This document shows, piece after piece, positions 29,366 through 42,140 of a stretch of 64,000 bases of DNA. Where the stretch lies: assembly GCA_012295275.1 (NCBI GenBank), contig CM022671.1, positions 2,542,001 through 2,606,000 of the forward strand. The letters are read 5' to 3'. The notes below the pieces were generated by a model. That model did not search any database, was not told where the DNA came from, and saw only the letters and a program-made list of their open reading frames with translations. The DNA is from Chrysomallon squamiferum (lineage: Eukaryota; Animalia; Mollusca). The translations under genes and the position numbers were made by a program. Every line of letters starts with the position of its first letter. The stretch's first letter is position 1.

Positions 29366-30114
29366 TTACAGATCAGTTAACTAATACTAAATTCACCTTA
29401 ACTTGGCAGCTAATTTATTTAAATCTAAAATATAAAAACTACAGTTGTTATTTCGTTATAGTATTTTTTTCTTGCAAAGGGGTATTACGGATCAGACAGA
29501 ACTTTAAAGTTATTCACATTTCTCGGCAGTTAATTGCCGTTTATTTACTTGTCATAATTATAAATACATATTTATTTAATATTTGTCGTTGCTTTATATT
29601 TTCTCTAATTCATATGTAGAGACAAACGATCTCAAGGCTATATACATATAAAAATGAGTAGTTTAATAAACGGTTTCATAGATATCCGGGTTTTACGTCA
29701 AAACAAACAAGAACTTATCTATTTTTGTCACTTTCGTTATTACAAGTGATTATCTGTGAAACATTTTACTGGCTACCATGATTCAAATAATCTATCTCTG
29801 TTTACAAGATATAATTCTTAAACTTACATCAAATCTTAGAAATTAATAAATGATTTTATGATGGTTTCACAAATATATATTCTATTATTAGTAGTAATAA
29901 CACCATTATTTATTAAAAGTTCTTAACGATTTAATACAAAATACTTTTTATTATTATTTTATATATATAATACCTAGATAAAAAAAAAACCCACCGCAAA
30001 TGATAACATTATTATATATATAGATATATTTATTTTCAGACTTCAGTGTTAACAATTTTTTATTTATTTACACGACTCTGTGAAACTTTTCAGAATATAA
30101 CATTGTTTACATTG

Positions 30115-30570
30115 ACATGAATACCCCCAAACATGGTCACAGCTAACTAAAACTAATAACCAAAGACTCCCAAGAGACATACTGACTGCTCTCATCATTG
30201 AGTATGTGGCTCATCAGTGCCACCTGGCATACATGGTTGGCGGTTTTATAACCCCCACCTCAATGCCTTTAAATAAGAGTGGCAAGAGCCAAGGTTCCCA
30301 ATCTGTAACTACGCTAACTAAACCAGCCGCCTCGGCAAAATTCGTAGGTGGCCCCGAAGATCGAGTATATCTACATTACCTCGCCAATTCGTAGGTGGGC
30401 TGAACAAGGTGGGGCAGATTCCTCAGGCACACGCCAGTGGATCCTTTGGTAATATCCTGTTCCCCTACAGAACAATAACCCTTGGCCAGATGAACCTTAG
30501 CTCTGTAGCTCTCTCCCGGGGGTCCCACCACCGGACTGAGTCTATATTCATTATGAGAAATTTGACACAA
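30115..30570. other. GC-richer unclassified island, probably a transposon fragment
   Basis: Sharp compositional contrast with the AT-rich flanks; internal direct repeat aattcgtaggtgg (about 30339 and 30386). No recognisable protein domain. Confidence 0.35.
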
Positions 30571-31021
30571 ATAGCCATATATTCAAAACAAAAATATATT
30601 TATGCCTGGCAACAGTTATTTGGGGCAAATTGTCAGGGGAACAGCTACAATAGGGCGACGTGCTTGTATTTTTTATTTGTGTTTGATAATAATTTTCTAG
30701 ATTTCAAACAATCTTAATCCAGTCTAGAATAAAATTAATACTTTAACAATCTCTTTTCTAACGTTAAATAAATATTTATAGTATTAAATTGAACTCATGT
30801 AATCGTAATGTTACATAAATACTTTTAACTACAAATCGCGATATTCAGAATTCAAAATCTTCGAAGAACAATTGACTGTTGTAACTAGGATCCTTTTTAC
30901 GTTCATGCTGAGTATTGCTAACTAGCAATAGGAATACCTGAATAATAACTTAAACAGTCAGGATGTGTACAGCTGCGTTATTCTTAAAATACTTTAATTA
31001 AAAACAAGCTTACAGCTTATA

Positions 31022-33002
31022 CACAGCGCCAAATACGTTTAGCAATTACGTACAAAATATGAAATATAGACAACTTGATTGGATATTGAATTTATTTGAA
31101 CACATTATTTCATCGATACAGTATTTCTGAATGTAGCCAGCAGTAACACGTTGTCATGGTGTCAACGTCGTTCCTTTAACATCAACTGATGACACGGAGT
31201 GGTACATCTACCAAAATGGTGAGAGAACTCAATAATGTGTTTGTCCCATGCATGCTCAAATGGTGACACGTTAGGGGACTTTGGTGCCAGTTCAACACTT
31301 GGATGTGGTTCCGCTCAAGCAGATTAGTGGTTAGCCTAGCGGTATGCGATCTAGTGTTGTAATGACCTCTCGCGGAAACGTTGAGCAGCCATGTTTCCTT
31401 GTATTAAAACGAGATCTGCTTACCTCCATTATGAATGTCGGCCCAGACCATGACGCTGCCACCGCGGTAACAGTCATGCTGAATGAAGTTGTCTGCATCA
31501 TATCGTTCTCCCGTTTGCCTCCATACATGACGTCTACCTTCTGCAAATTGAACACACACCTGAATTCGTCTGTGAATAATATCTGATCTCATTGTCTGCG
31601 TCGCCAGTGTTGGTGTATTCTGGCCCAACTCAGAAGTTCCTAAGGGTGACGCACTGTCAGGGGAACAGCTACAACAGGGCGACGTGCGTGTAAACCAGCA
31701 GCAAGGAGACGGTTACGGACAGTTTGAGCATGAATTCTAGTGCCTGTGGTTTGCTACAAAGTACGGGTTAAACGTGGAGCACTTTCGAACCTGTGATGCC
31801 GAGATGACGTCACTAAATTTTCTATCTTCCCTTGGATTACTTAATCGTGTTCTACATGAACGTGGTCGATATCGCATTTTCCCAGTTTAGGTTTATGCGT
31901 TGTTGGAGACATGAACATGAAAGTACTGAGCGACGTCAAGTACGCGTTGGCCGGCGTTAAGCCATCCTGTTGCTTCACGCCGTTGATTTTCCATTAAGCC
32001 TGGGCCCATTATAACAGGATGAATCCTTCCCTTCGTTTTTGGACAATGTTGGTTCAGTGCATCAAAATGTGATTTCAATACAGTATTCCCTCGCTATTCG
32101 CGGGGGTTACGTTCTTTATCTCCCGGCGAATAGCGAAAAACCGCGAATATTGGATGCAGTTTTAAAACGTCTATTATGAGATTATATACGGTACTAAATG
32201 CTTCCCAAACACTTTCTAAAGACACTGTTACTCATTAATACAGTAATAATGTAGTAATATTGCATGCAGTTATGTATTTCACTAATGTAGTAATGATAAT
32301 GTAAACACATTTTAATTTTGTACTGAAACAATATTTTAATCAGAAAGAAACGTAAGTACAGGAGGACAGTAACACCGCATAGCGTAGTTACCCATACAGT
32401 ATTACTGTACCGTAAAGTCATTTTCTGTGCGTACAACATTTGTATTAGAATTGACAGAAAGTGGAACAAATTTAAAGGCAAACAGACAGATAAATACAGT
32501 ACGCACAGTTCAGGTAATAATATGCAATTAAAAACATTATTAATACACGGTGACAAAAAATATGCACTGTACATACAGTGTATGCATTTATAAAAAAATA
32601 CGTACTGTATTGCAATAATAATTGAAAAAATTTGATATTGTTTGTGCGGTTTACCGAGCATTTGTTTTTATGACGTTATGACGCTCGCCTGGTATACCAG
32701 CATACGATGCGATAGGGTTAAGAGCCTAACCCGCGAATATGCGGGGCCGCGAATGGGGAACCGCGAATAGGTGAGGGTATACTGTACGTCCGATTTGCGA
32801 GTGCTTCTGCGACAGCACGAGCGCACCGCGTTTGCACGTGCAGTACACATAGCGGCGTGCGATTTGGCAAATGGAGTTCTTTTCATTATCTAAAGCGACA
32901 GGGCATATGCAACTTACATATTACCAATTTTTATCACTTTATTATAATTTTTTGGGGAATCAACAGTCATTTACAAAATCTTACTAAACTGTTTTGGTTA
33001 AG
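31022..33002 (-). mobile_element. Decayed Tc1/mariner transposon with frameshifted transposase
   Basis: Minus-strand remnants MENQRREATGWLNAG..VAQYFHVH (HTH region), GTRIHAQTVRNRLLAAGLHARRP, ILFTDE and GRRHVWRQTGERY...GGSVMVWA are typical Tc1 transposase motifs, with stops and frameshifts. Degenerate TIRs (ccaaa..gtttag.aa) are flanked by TA. Confidence 0.85.
32081..32784. mobile_element. MITE of Tc1/mariner-pogo/Tigger type nested in the Tc1 element
   Basis: TIRs cagtattccctcgctattcgcgg / ccgcgaataggtgagggtatactg, TA duplication at 32079-32080 and 32785-32786, subterminal ccgcgaat repeats, AT-rich non-coding interior. Confidence 0.85.
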
Positions 33003-33318
33003 TATATAGTTCATGAACTGAACGCTAGTAAACGTCAACAGTCCTTTTTTTTTTTCTGTTTACAGATCATAATGTACAGTTTGTTAACTAAACTGGTAAA
33101 ATGAACTTGTTCTTTTTGGTAACAGTAAGCAATATATAAATAGATAAGCAAAATAATGTGTTCTAACAACCATTGTAATGAAACTTGGTTACTAGGAAGT
33201 GATATACGATAGCGTCAAACGTCGTCAAACATGTTGTGATATGTTTTGCCAGATACAAAAAATAATAATAATTTTAAATAAACGACAAGAAGTTTCATGA
33301 TGGTTAAATTATTTGGTT

Positions 33319-33473
33319 ATGAGTTCCGAAAGTGAACGACAGGCACGTCGAGAAGCCATTCTCAGCGGCAAGCTGGAACAGCTGGGAACATCCGGACGGG
33401 TATACAGCTTTATTCACGTAACAAAAAATGGCTCCAAAGAGAAGGTAAATAGTCGCGAAAACAACGAAAAGAA

Positions 33474-33547
<74 letters not shown>

Positions 33548-34127
33548 TCGGGGACACGTTAAAATGCTGACAGAATTTTAATCTATTAAACGTTCATTTA
33601 TTAATTAATACCTTTTCTATTTCATCTGTGCTGTAATTTACTCCAAGAAAACACATTTCAAGCGCTGAGTCAAAATACTGAAGTTGTATCTATTTATTTT
33701 TTATATTAAAATTATTAAATAACAATAACGAAACTTTTCTTTCATGAAGTTTGCATTTTGTTATTTTTCAGTTGGCTGTAAAAAAGATATGCATTTCAGA
33801 ACTAAATTATTCAGAGAAAAGGTACGTTTTCAGAGAAATGACAACTTTGGCAAGTTTATGTCATGAAAACGTAATCGATTACGTAGACAGCTGGGAGAAT
33901 GACGACTACATCTACGTCGTGACAGAATACTGTGAATGCGGCAATATTGGCACGTACACAGAAGGAAAACGATTTTCAGTAGACACCTATCTACACTGGT
34001 TACTTGACATGTGCCGTGCTCTTGAGGTTTGTAATTCTCTTTCCAACCCTCCCTCTCTCTCTCTTTGTCTGTTCATATGTTTGTCTATCTTGTTTTTTTT
34101 GTGTTTAAATGATTATGACCTGCATTG

Positions 34128-34211
<84 letters not shown>

Positions 34212-37200
34212 GGTGTGTGTTTGATCTCTTCAAAATAGCATTTAAAATAGTAGTTTTATTTTCCTGTTATATTATTTCAGTACCTAAGTGAAAAAGGTGT
34301 TATTCATCGAAATATTAAACCTTCTAGTATCCTTGTAACACGATATAAATCAGGTATTAGACTGAAACTGGGAAACTTTGGAATTGCCAAGTGAGTAAAC
34401 AAACTAATATTTTTAAACGAGTTTTAAAAATGAGCTTTCATATATTATATTTTTATAGATATCTTTTAAATAAAATTTCAAAACACATGAAAAATCATAT
34501 TAAAATTATATATACATTTCCAAATTATTGCTATATAATTAAAATCTTTGTCAATATTGTTTCAGAATTTATATAATTAATGTACAAGCAATTATTTTAT
34601 TACTTTTAATTATTTTTATTTATTTTTTATTACTATTTACATCTAACAATGAATCTTGGACATGTGACCCAAAATACATTTTATGACATTATTTTGAAGC
34701 TCACAGGGTTAAACTATATACTCAAAGAAACTAACAAATATAATTTTAATAATTGTTAAATATTTTTCTGCAGGGTTCTGGAGCCTGGAAAATCTATAAC
34801 TGGAACAGTCTTGGGAACACCTTCATTCATCAGTCCAGAAATAGCCGAGAGACAAACATATGATGGTCAGGTTAGTATGTTTATTAATTTGTTATTGACA
34901 TCTATTTGTATTAGTAAGTTTTATACAAATGCTTTTTTCTGACCAATTATTGTGGTCTCATTATTGTGCTGTATTAAATCATTGTGTTTTAGATAAATAT
35001 TGTGTTAACTGATTCAGACAGATATTTGTTTTAAATGTTTTAGACCTGTTTAATTGTGGTAACTGTGTATTAGACATATATTTTTGTTGACTGTTTCAGA
35101 CAAATGTTTATATTATTGTATTAACTGTATGTTAGACAGATGTTCATGATAACTGTATGTTAGATGTTTGTGTTATTTTGTTAACTGTGTTTCAGACAGA
35201 CGTTTGTGTTGTTTTGTTAAATATGTGTGTTTCAGACAGATGTTTGTGTTACTGTATTTCAGACAGATGTATGTGTTACTGTGTTTTAGACAGATGTTTG
35301 TGTTACTGAGTTTCATACAGATATGCATTATTGTATTTCAGACAGATGTATGTGTTACTGTATTTCAGACAGATGTTTGTGTTACTGTGTTCCAGACAGA
35401 TGTATGTGTTACTGTATTTCAGACAGATGTTTGTGTTACTGTTTTAGACAGAGATGTATGTTTTGTTGTGTATTAGACAGATGTTTGTGTTACTGTAGAC
35501 AGATGTTTTTCAGACAGATGTATGTATGTTACTGTGTTCCAGACAGATGTATGTGTTACTGTATTTCAGACAGATGTTTGTGTTACTGTTTTCCAGACAG
35601 ATGTTTGTGTTACTGTGTTCGACAAATGTATGTATTACTGTGTTCCAGACAGATGTTTGTGTTACTGAATTTCAGACAGATGTATGTGTTATTGTATCTC
35701 AGACATATATGTGTATGTGTTACTGTATTTTAGACAGATGCATGTGTTACTGTGTTTCAGACAGATGTTTGTGTTATTGTATTTCAGACAGATGTATGTG
35801 TTATTGTATTTCAGACAGATATGTGTTATTGTATCTCAGACAAATATGTGTATGTGTTACTGTATTTTAGACAGCTGTATGTGTTACTGTGTTTGAGACA
35901 GATGCATGTGTTACTGTGTTTCAGACAGACGTTTGTGTTATTGTATTTCAGACAGATGTGTGGAGTCTGGGTGTCTGTTTCCAGAAGATTGTCAGGGGTC
36001 ATGTTTCGTCAACAGAGAAAACCCAATTTAGAAATCTACCTCAGCAAGTGGTAACAATCTGTTCTGGATACAATTTTATAATTATTATATTACTACAGTT
36101 CTTCTTAGTCATCTTCTTCAATAATTATTATTATTGTTTTGTTATTTGTTGTTTTCTTCAGTTGTTATCTTCTTTTTTCTCCTGCAGGCTACAGTCATGG
36201 GGGATGAACATGGTACAGAATTTTCTACAGTTTTAACTGATGTTATAAAGAAGATGACCCTTAGGGACCCAAAGAAACGTAGCAAACCTGATGAACTTAT
36301 AACCTCACTGTCAAAAATCCTAGAAACATTTTCTGATTCTGATTCTAAATCTCCTGAACCTCATTCAAAAAAGATAGCTATAGTAAAACCAGTATCAGTA
36401 ACTGACCAATATTCCAAAAAAAGAAAAGTTCCGTTGGAACAAATTAGAAATGATGTATTTGCAAAAATTAGAGGAAACATAGCACAACCTAAGAAAGATA
36501 AAGTTATTAAAAGAACAATCATCAACGTCCCTAGAGAAATACTGTACTCCGAACATCTTCAAATGTTTGACAAGCAAGCTAAAAACAAAACAGCTCATAA
36601 TGATGCAGCTTCTGCTAGTTGTTCAAACAATCCTGAACAGTCAAAAAGTTCAGATTATGTGACTTTGGATGGCACAAAGTCATCTGATCATGATGACCAT
36701 AATGAAAGCCATTCATTTCCAGTCTCACATGATCTGCAAAGAATTCTTTCTGTGACTATAAACCCTGGTAAGTATAATTTTATAAATAGCAGGATAATTG
36801 ATGTCATGTTGTATTTGTCAAGCACATGATATTTCAAATTATTTACAACTTTTATTTCTTTTCTATTTCAGGGAAAAGTCAGAACCAAAATACAGACATG
36901 GTAGAAACAATGCTCGATCTACAAAGGTAATAATTTAGATCTATCAAGGCAAAAGCAATTCATGTTCTCTTTTGAAAACTTCTGAATTTGAGTAGCTAAA
37001 ATGATCGTGTCTTTTTTCAGTCTGTGTAACTGGAAGGATAACTGAACTGAATCTGTCTTCATATAAGGATTATGCCTTTCTTAGGTATGATAGGCAGAGA
37101 AAATCATTGTCAAAATATTTTCATTGTAATATTTGTGGTTATCATCATTGGTGTTGTTTTTTTATTAATTAATTATTCAACTAACTGCTACAAGCACTTA

Positions 37201-37821
37201 TATTTACTTGTAAAATACAATGACTTTGTTTTGTTTTTCTTTCTTTTTTGTTTATTTAAATTGAAATATATATTGTTATAGCAAATTAGCAGAAATTCTT
37301 GGACCTGATATTTTTGAGGCTGCATTTAAATGCCTGATACAAAAGAATGAACAAAATATTGAGGTAAGTTGGAAAGAAACTGTTGAACTAATCCACTGTA
37401 AAATCCTATCAATGCACTATCCATATTTATTTTCATTAAAAGTCAGTCAATCCTTTGTATCAAGATAAAAACAGCATATTAACAGTTAAATATTAATTAG
37501 AAAAATACACTGGATCTAAGCAGTTAATTCTTTGAGCTATGACATGTCAGTATTAAAATAAAGATTTAATGTTTTGTGTTCTGTTCTGATTAGCTGAAAC
37601 TAAAAGTCTGACTAATTATTATATGTCTTAGAAATGGTGTAGATAGATATTGAAGGAAAGATATGCACATGTGTATGTATGTTTATATACATGTATGTAT
37701 CTGTATAAATAATTTATTTTTTATTTTTCAGCAAGATCTGAGAAATATTCTGGGTGACAAATATAAGGAATACAATTCATTTTTTTGGCGACTTAGAAAT
37801 TTGGAAAAAGCTGAAAAATGA
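33319..37821 (+). CDS. NEK-family paralogue, predicted pseudokinase, about 497 aa
   Basis: Exons 33319-33444, 33772-34026, 34281-34390, 34774-34870, 35952-36050, 36188-36767, 36872-36926, 37282-37363, 37732-37821 (TGA), 1494 nt with an open frame. Kinase-domain and last-two-exon intron positions and phases match the upstream NEK gene. LAVKK and FREM are kept, but the catalytic loop is HRNIKPSS, DFG is NFG and the G-loop is degenerate (LGTSGRVY). Confidence 0.85.
35010..35960 (+). repeat. 27-bp minisatellite derived from the exon 5 splice acceptor (gtgttactgtatttcag|acagatgtat), about 30-35 copies
   Basis: The unit translates as TDVCVTVFQ; the last copy runs directly into the real exon TDVWSLG at 35952. 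Confidence 0.9.
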
Positions 37822-38021
37822 GGATGTAACACAGCAAACTTTGTAACAAATTACAAAAACACATAGAATTCAGGAAAAATGTTCCAGGAAGAACACAAAA
37901 CTGAAAAAGAAAAATACTGTAAAATGATAAAATTAAACTAACAAAAAATACACATTCAACATCTGTTTTCAGTACAAATAAATCCATTTCTTTGTTGTTG
38001 TTGAACAAATGTGGAATAATA

Positions 38022-38109
38022 CAGTGATATCAGATAAGAGTGATATCAGATAAGAGTGATATCAGATAACAGTGATATCAGATAAGAGTGATATCAGATA
38101 AGAGTGATA
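38022..38109. repeat. 16-bp tandem repeat (agtgatatcagataag), about 5 copies, in the probable 3' UTR of the pseudokinase gene
   Basis: Direct reading of the sequence. Confidence 0.9.
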
Positions 38110-38684
38110 CAATGTGAGGAAGATGCTTTTATGCCTACTTTCAATAAAATTATATATTCATATATATTCATCAATATATTTCATTTTATTTTATATTCAT
38201 AAGATTCTGGTCTGATTACAAATTATTTTCTTTTATAATTATTATATATCTGCTTTGATGCACAATTGTATCTACAATAAATTATTTTGTATTATATGTC
38301 TGCTTTGATGTATCAACTATTTTTAATTTTCTATATGCAGAGGTAATATCTGCTGATTTCAGTATTCAGAATCATTTAGTTAGCAGTTAACTTTTATTTT
38401 ACCATAATTATAAAACAATAACCAAAATGTGGTGAGATTCTGAAAGTAATAAATAACAAATACAAAGATATACATAAAATTTATTCACAGTAATTCCCTT
38501 CAGAAACAACAGCTATAATAATAATAATAATGATGATGTTAATCTGAAAAGAAACAAATTCACTGTTATAACATTGCAAATTTCATATTTTTCTATCGTG
38601 ATTTCTACATTACTGAACTCCAGGGAAACTTGTATAAGAGTATACTAAGAACATAATCTGACCATGTCTTTGTATAGCTGTACT

Positions 38685-38905
38685 ATATAATATTATTCAT
38701 CCATTCAGAAATAATAAAACAGGAAATAGAATCCATTCAGGAATTCACGAAAAAGGACGTAATATTACAAATCTACCAGGAAATATTAAAAAGGACATGT
38801 AATATTACTTTACCATCCAGGAAGTAATGAAACAGGATATAATATTAATAATCCACTTAGTAAGTAAGGAATAGTACATATAATAATAACTAATCAACTG
38901 AGGAA
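38685..38905. repeat. Degenerate tandem repeat of about 36-40 bp (taatatta..atcca.tcaggaa.ta...aaacagga)
   Basis: About 5 diverged copies visible by eye. Confidence 0.55.
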
Positions 38906-39680
38906 TTTATATCAGATTGCTAGATTGTAACTAATTGATATTAGTCATATAATAATAATACATAAATTAACAAATACATGTATATAAAATGCTTTTCAAT
39001 AAAATCACCCTAGAACTAATTTCTCAAACTCAAATCACAGTAGTGTTAACAAGTGATAAATTAATATGCATATAATACTGAACATAATCAACTAAACATC
39101 TACTAAAGAACACATCATCTATTCACTTGTATTACAAAACCATATATATGTCAGAGACTGCTTTACAGACAGCACATGACATAAAATATGAGAATACGGC
39201 TCTTGAAATAACTCAGCACTAACTCTGTGTTAAATCATTCAATATTTATTTAACAATAAAATAAAAATTAAATTATTTAAAAATAAAACTGTCATTAATC
39301 ATTTTTATTGCTTTCATTTTTGTGAACTTGAGCAATGTTCTTTGTTTTTCAGTTTAATGAAATGGTATTTTTTAAGTCCACTGTCAAATTATTTTAAACA
39401 TTCATTTCTACATTCTGAGAAAATCATGTATATAGTCATGTTTATCACATTTGTCATTGTTAAAATATATTTAGTCATATTTAATATTGCTAAATATATT
39501 AATTTGTGTCACATATGTCATTTTCATCATATCTAAATGTAATTTAGTCACTCATACACAGTCAGACATATAATCCAAATTAGATTCGTATTTTACACTG
39601 TTAAACATATTTATTCCAGCCAGATTATCACATTTAACACTAATAGTTATATTGATACAAGTCATTTATATTCAAACACT

Positions 39681-40864
39681 TCAATCTGAGTCTGATTCAG
39701 TGTCTTTTCTCAGTTTGTCAAATTCATCAAGATCTTTCATTATTTTGTTTTTGTCTTCTTCTCTCTCCAGTTCATCTTCACTCATGTTGAATTTGTCAGA
39801 TGTGTCTTCACTTCCCTGTGATGGCATGAATGGTCGAGACAGCATTTCTTTCTGAAAACAGAATCATTTTCATTTACAAGCATTATCTGAAAGCATTTGT
39901 TTTTGTGTAACAAGGTTTTTGTCCTTTCTAAAAATTATTAAAGAAAAGATTTATAGAAAGGGATATTTTAGAACAATTACATGTGCAGGGTACAAGTGCA
40001 GATGTTTAAATACACATATATTAAAAGCATGCAAACAAAAATAATATCAGTTTAGAGATACAAATATTAAATATGTATATAAAGAGTTGTCTGTACAATT
40101 ATAAATAAAAAATTAAAAAAATAATATATATATATCTGTGAGTGTGGCTGGGTGGGTGTGCAGTATGTTCAGGTAAATAAATCATATTACTGACCTTCAT
40201 TCTTTCATGTCGGCGACGTGACAACATTTCTCGACTCTCGTTTCTGGCAGAAGCAAACTGTCTGAGTTTCTTGTATTCTTCCAACAATTCCTGAGTCTTA
40301 GCCCGAAACAGAAATTCTTTCAGAACTAAAACAAACATCTAATTTAATTAAATGATTCCTTCCTTTGGTAACTCGTACAGTCTTTACATACTTCATACAT
40401 TCAGTTTGATAATCTATTTATTCCATATTACAAAAATATCTAAAGGACTAAAAGAAAACATCTATGTTAAAATCTGGATCATTTAATAATTGATTTGCAT
40501 AGTCTGTTATGATTGGACAAATATTATGCAAATATTATCTTACTATATTGTATTAATATAAATATATAATGTAATAGATGTGTTTTATATATTGCATAAA
40601 TTCTGCATTTGAGATATTAAGGTAACAAATGATAAAAATTATATTAACTAAAATATATCTTTTTAATGTTTTGTTGGTAGTTAATAGTAAACAATATTTT
40701 TGTTAACACAAACAACACTTAACACAATATATGCATTGTTATGAATGTCTATAATTTTCTTTAGTTTAATAATTCTTACCTAAAGGTTCCATCGGTGACT
40801 GTTGTGATTGATTAGGACCTGTTATAAATAAATAAATAAATAAATAGCAATAATAATAATAATA

Positions 40865-40911
<47 letters not shown>

Positions 40912-41247
40912 AGTAGATTTTTTTTTTAAATAACTATTTTTATTCCTTTTTTTTTTTTCTTTTTTTCTTCTTCTTATTATTATTATTTGTTGTCATCATC
41001 ATCTTTAAGACTTTATTATCGAAAGCTTCAACATTATTTTTTAATTTTACATACCACGATATCCCATAGGCACAACTTTCAGTCGTTGTTTGATATCACT
41101 AGAAACTAATCGTGATTCCATTGGCGGTAACAGATGAAGAGATTGCCAAAATGTTTTCGCATAAGCGACGTCTTCTGATGATGATCCACTGAAAGTTAAA
41201 CTTTCAGGTTGATTTGTTAAGTCAACAACAACAGTCTTTACCGCCAT
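39681..41247 (-). CDS. HOATZ: Cilia- and flagella-associated protein HOATZ (C11orf88), about 177 aa
   Basis: Exons 41247-41055, 40818-40780, 40325-40195, 39851-39681 (TGA). [31 protein letters not shown]...QRLKV and [19 protein letters not shown] match the HOATZ domain as I recall it (VFAGSSEQDANLAKQFW..PPSESQLV). Confidence 0.85.
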
Positions 41248-41251
41248 ATTT

Positions 41252-41266
41252 GTTGTCATCGACAAC
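41252..41266. promoter_or_regulatory. Candidate RFX X-box at the HOATZ start
   Basis: GTTGTC-atc-GACAAC, perfect inverted half-sites resembling the X-box (GTNRCC-N0-3-RGYAAC), immediately upstream of a motile-cilia gene. Confidence 0.5.
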
Positions 41267-41435
41267 GTAATAATGGGAGATAACTTTTATACAAAATACA
41301 ATTTGACAAAAGTGACTCGCCTCTTATAACGGAGCATCGCATTTTATAATTATTATTATTAAGGTCTTTATTGTAAAGGATAAATTAACTAAATATCCTT
41401 TTGTAAATACTTTACCTTATATATATATATATATA

Positions 41436-41700
41436 CAGGGTCATTCAAAAGTCCCGCTACACTTTTAAATTTTAATTAAATGAAAACGTCTTTACGGATT
41501 TGAACAAAATTTGTCGTGAACTTTCTTTAGACTGTTACAATTTGTCCCCAAAAAATCCCTTTTCTTCTGTTTTCTTTGGCTCTGTAGCCTTCAACGTGAG
41601 CGCATTCTTTTTCGAGACACGATACCCACCTCGTCAAGCCTTTTTTCTTTTTCTTTTTTGATTTGGTTTTGAACGGGTTACTGCAGTTTTTTGCATTTGC
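41436..41700. mobile_element. Mariner-like terminal fragment
   Basis: cagggtcattcaaaagt... starts directly after a (TA)n run, resembling mariner TIR starts; no matching second end found. Confidence 0.35.
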
Positions 41701-42140
41701 ATTTGATTACATAAAAGCATTAACTTGATGCAAGTCTTTATTAATAATCAACCATTTTGGGGGAAAGAAAAACAAAATTCATCAATGAAAAAATTATGCT
41801 ATGTTTACCATTTCTATTGGCTCATCCTCATTTCCTATTTCTGAGCTCAATTTGTGTAAGATATTTACAGAATAAAATAATTTCTGCACTTATGGTAAAA
41901 CAACAGAACAAACATTAAACCTGTGTTTAGAAATTTTATTGTTTGTTATTTACACTGTCAGTTTAACACACACAAGCTTGTCATTGATTTAAAGTACAGA
42001 AAAGTTAGACAAACTGTCTTTTATTTCAACTAGTGTGTCTACAAGTGGCTAAGACACTGATCAGTGGTCTCTGTTGTAATCCAGTTCCATTGATCTATGA
42101 CTCAGACCACATAAAAATGGCCCATAAAATAGGCTGGTGA

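Noticed and set aside
30190-30545. Hammerhead or HDV-like ribozyme
   Set aside because: CTGATGA has no downstream GAAA core with stems II/III, and the HDV P1-P3 pairings could not be built.
32194-32886. ORFs of 155 and 72 aa
   Set aside because: They lie in or overlap the non-coding MITE and have no transposase motifs.
34281-34390. A-to-I editing could restore both Asp codons of the pseudokinase (AAT->GAT in HRN, AAC->GAC in NFG)
   Set aside because: The catalytic-loop Asn is Ser (AGT), which A-to-I cannot repair, and the G-loop is also degenerate. G->A transitions explain the codons more simply. An RNA/DNA comparison would settle it.
35168-36054. Overlapping Cys-rich or repetitive ORFs in the ORF track
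   Set aside because: They are translations of the 27-bp intronic minisatellite, not independent genes.
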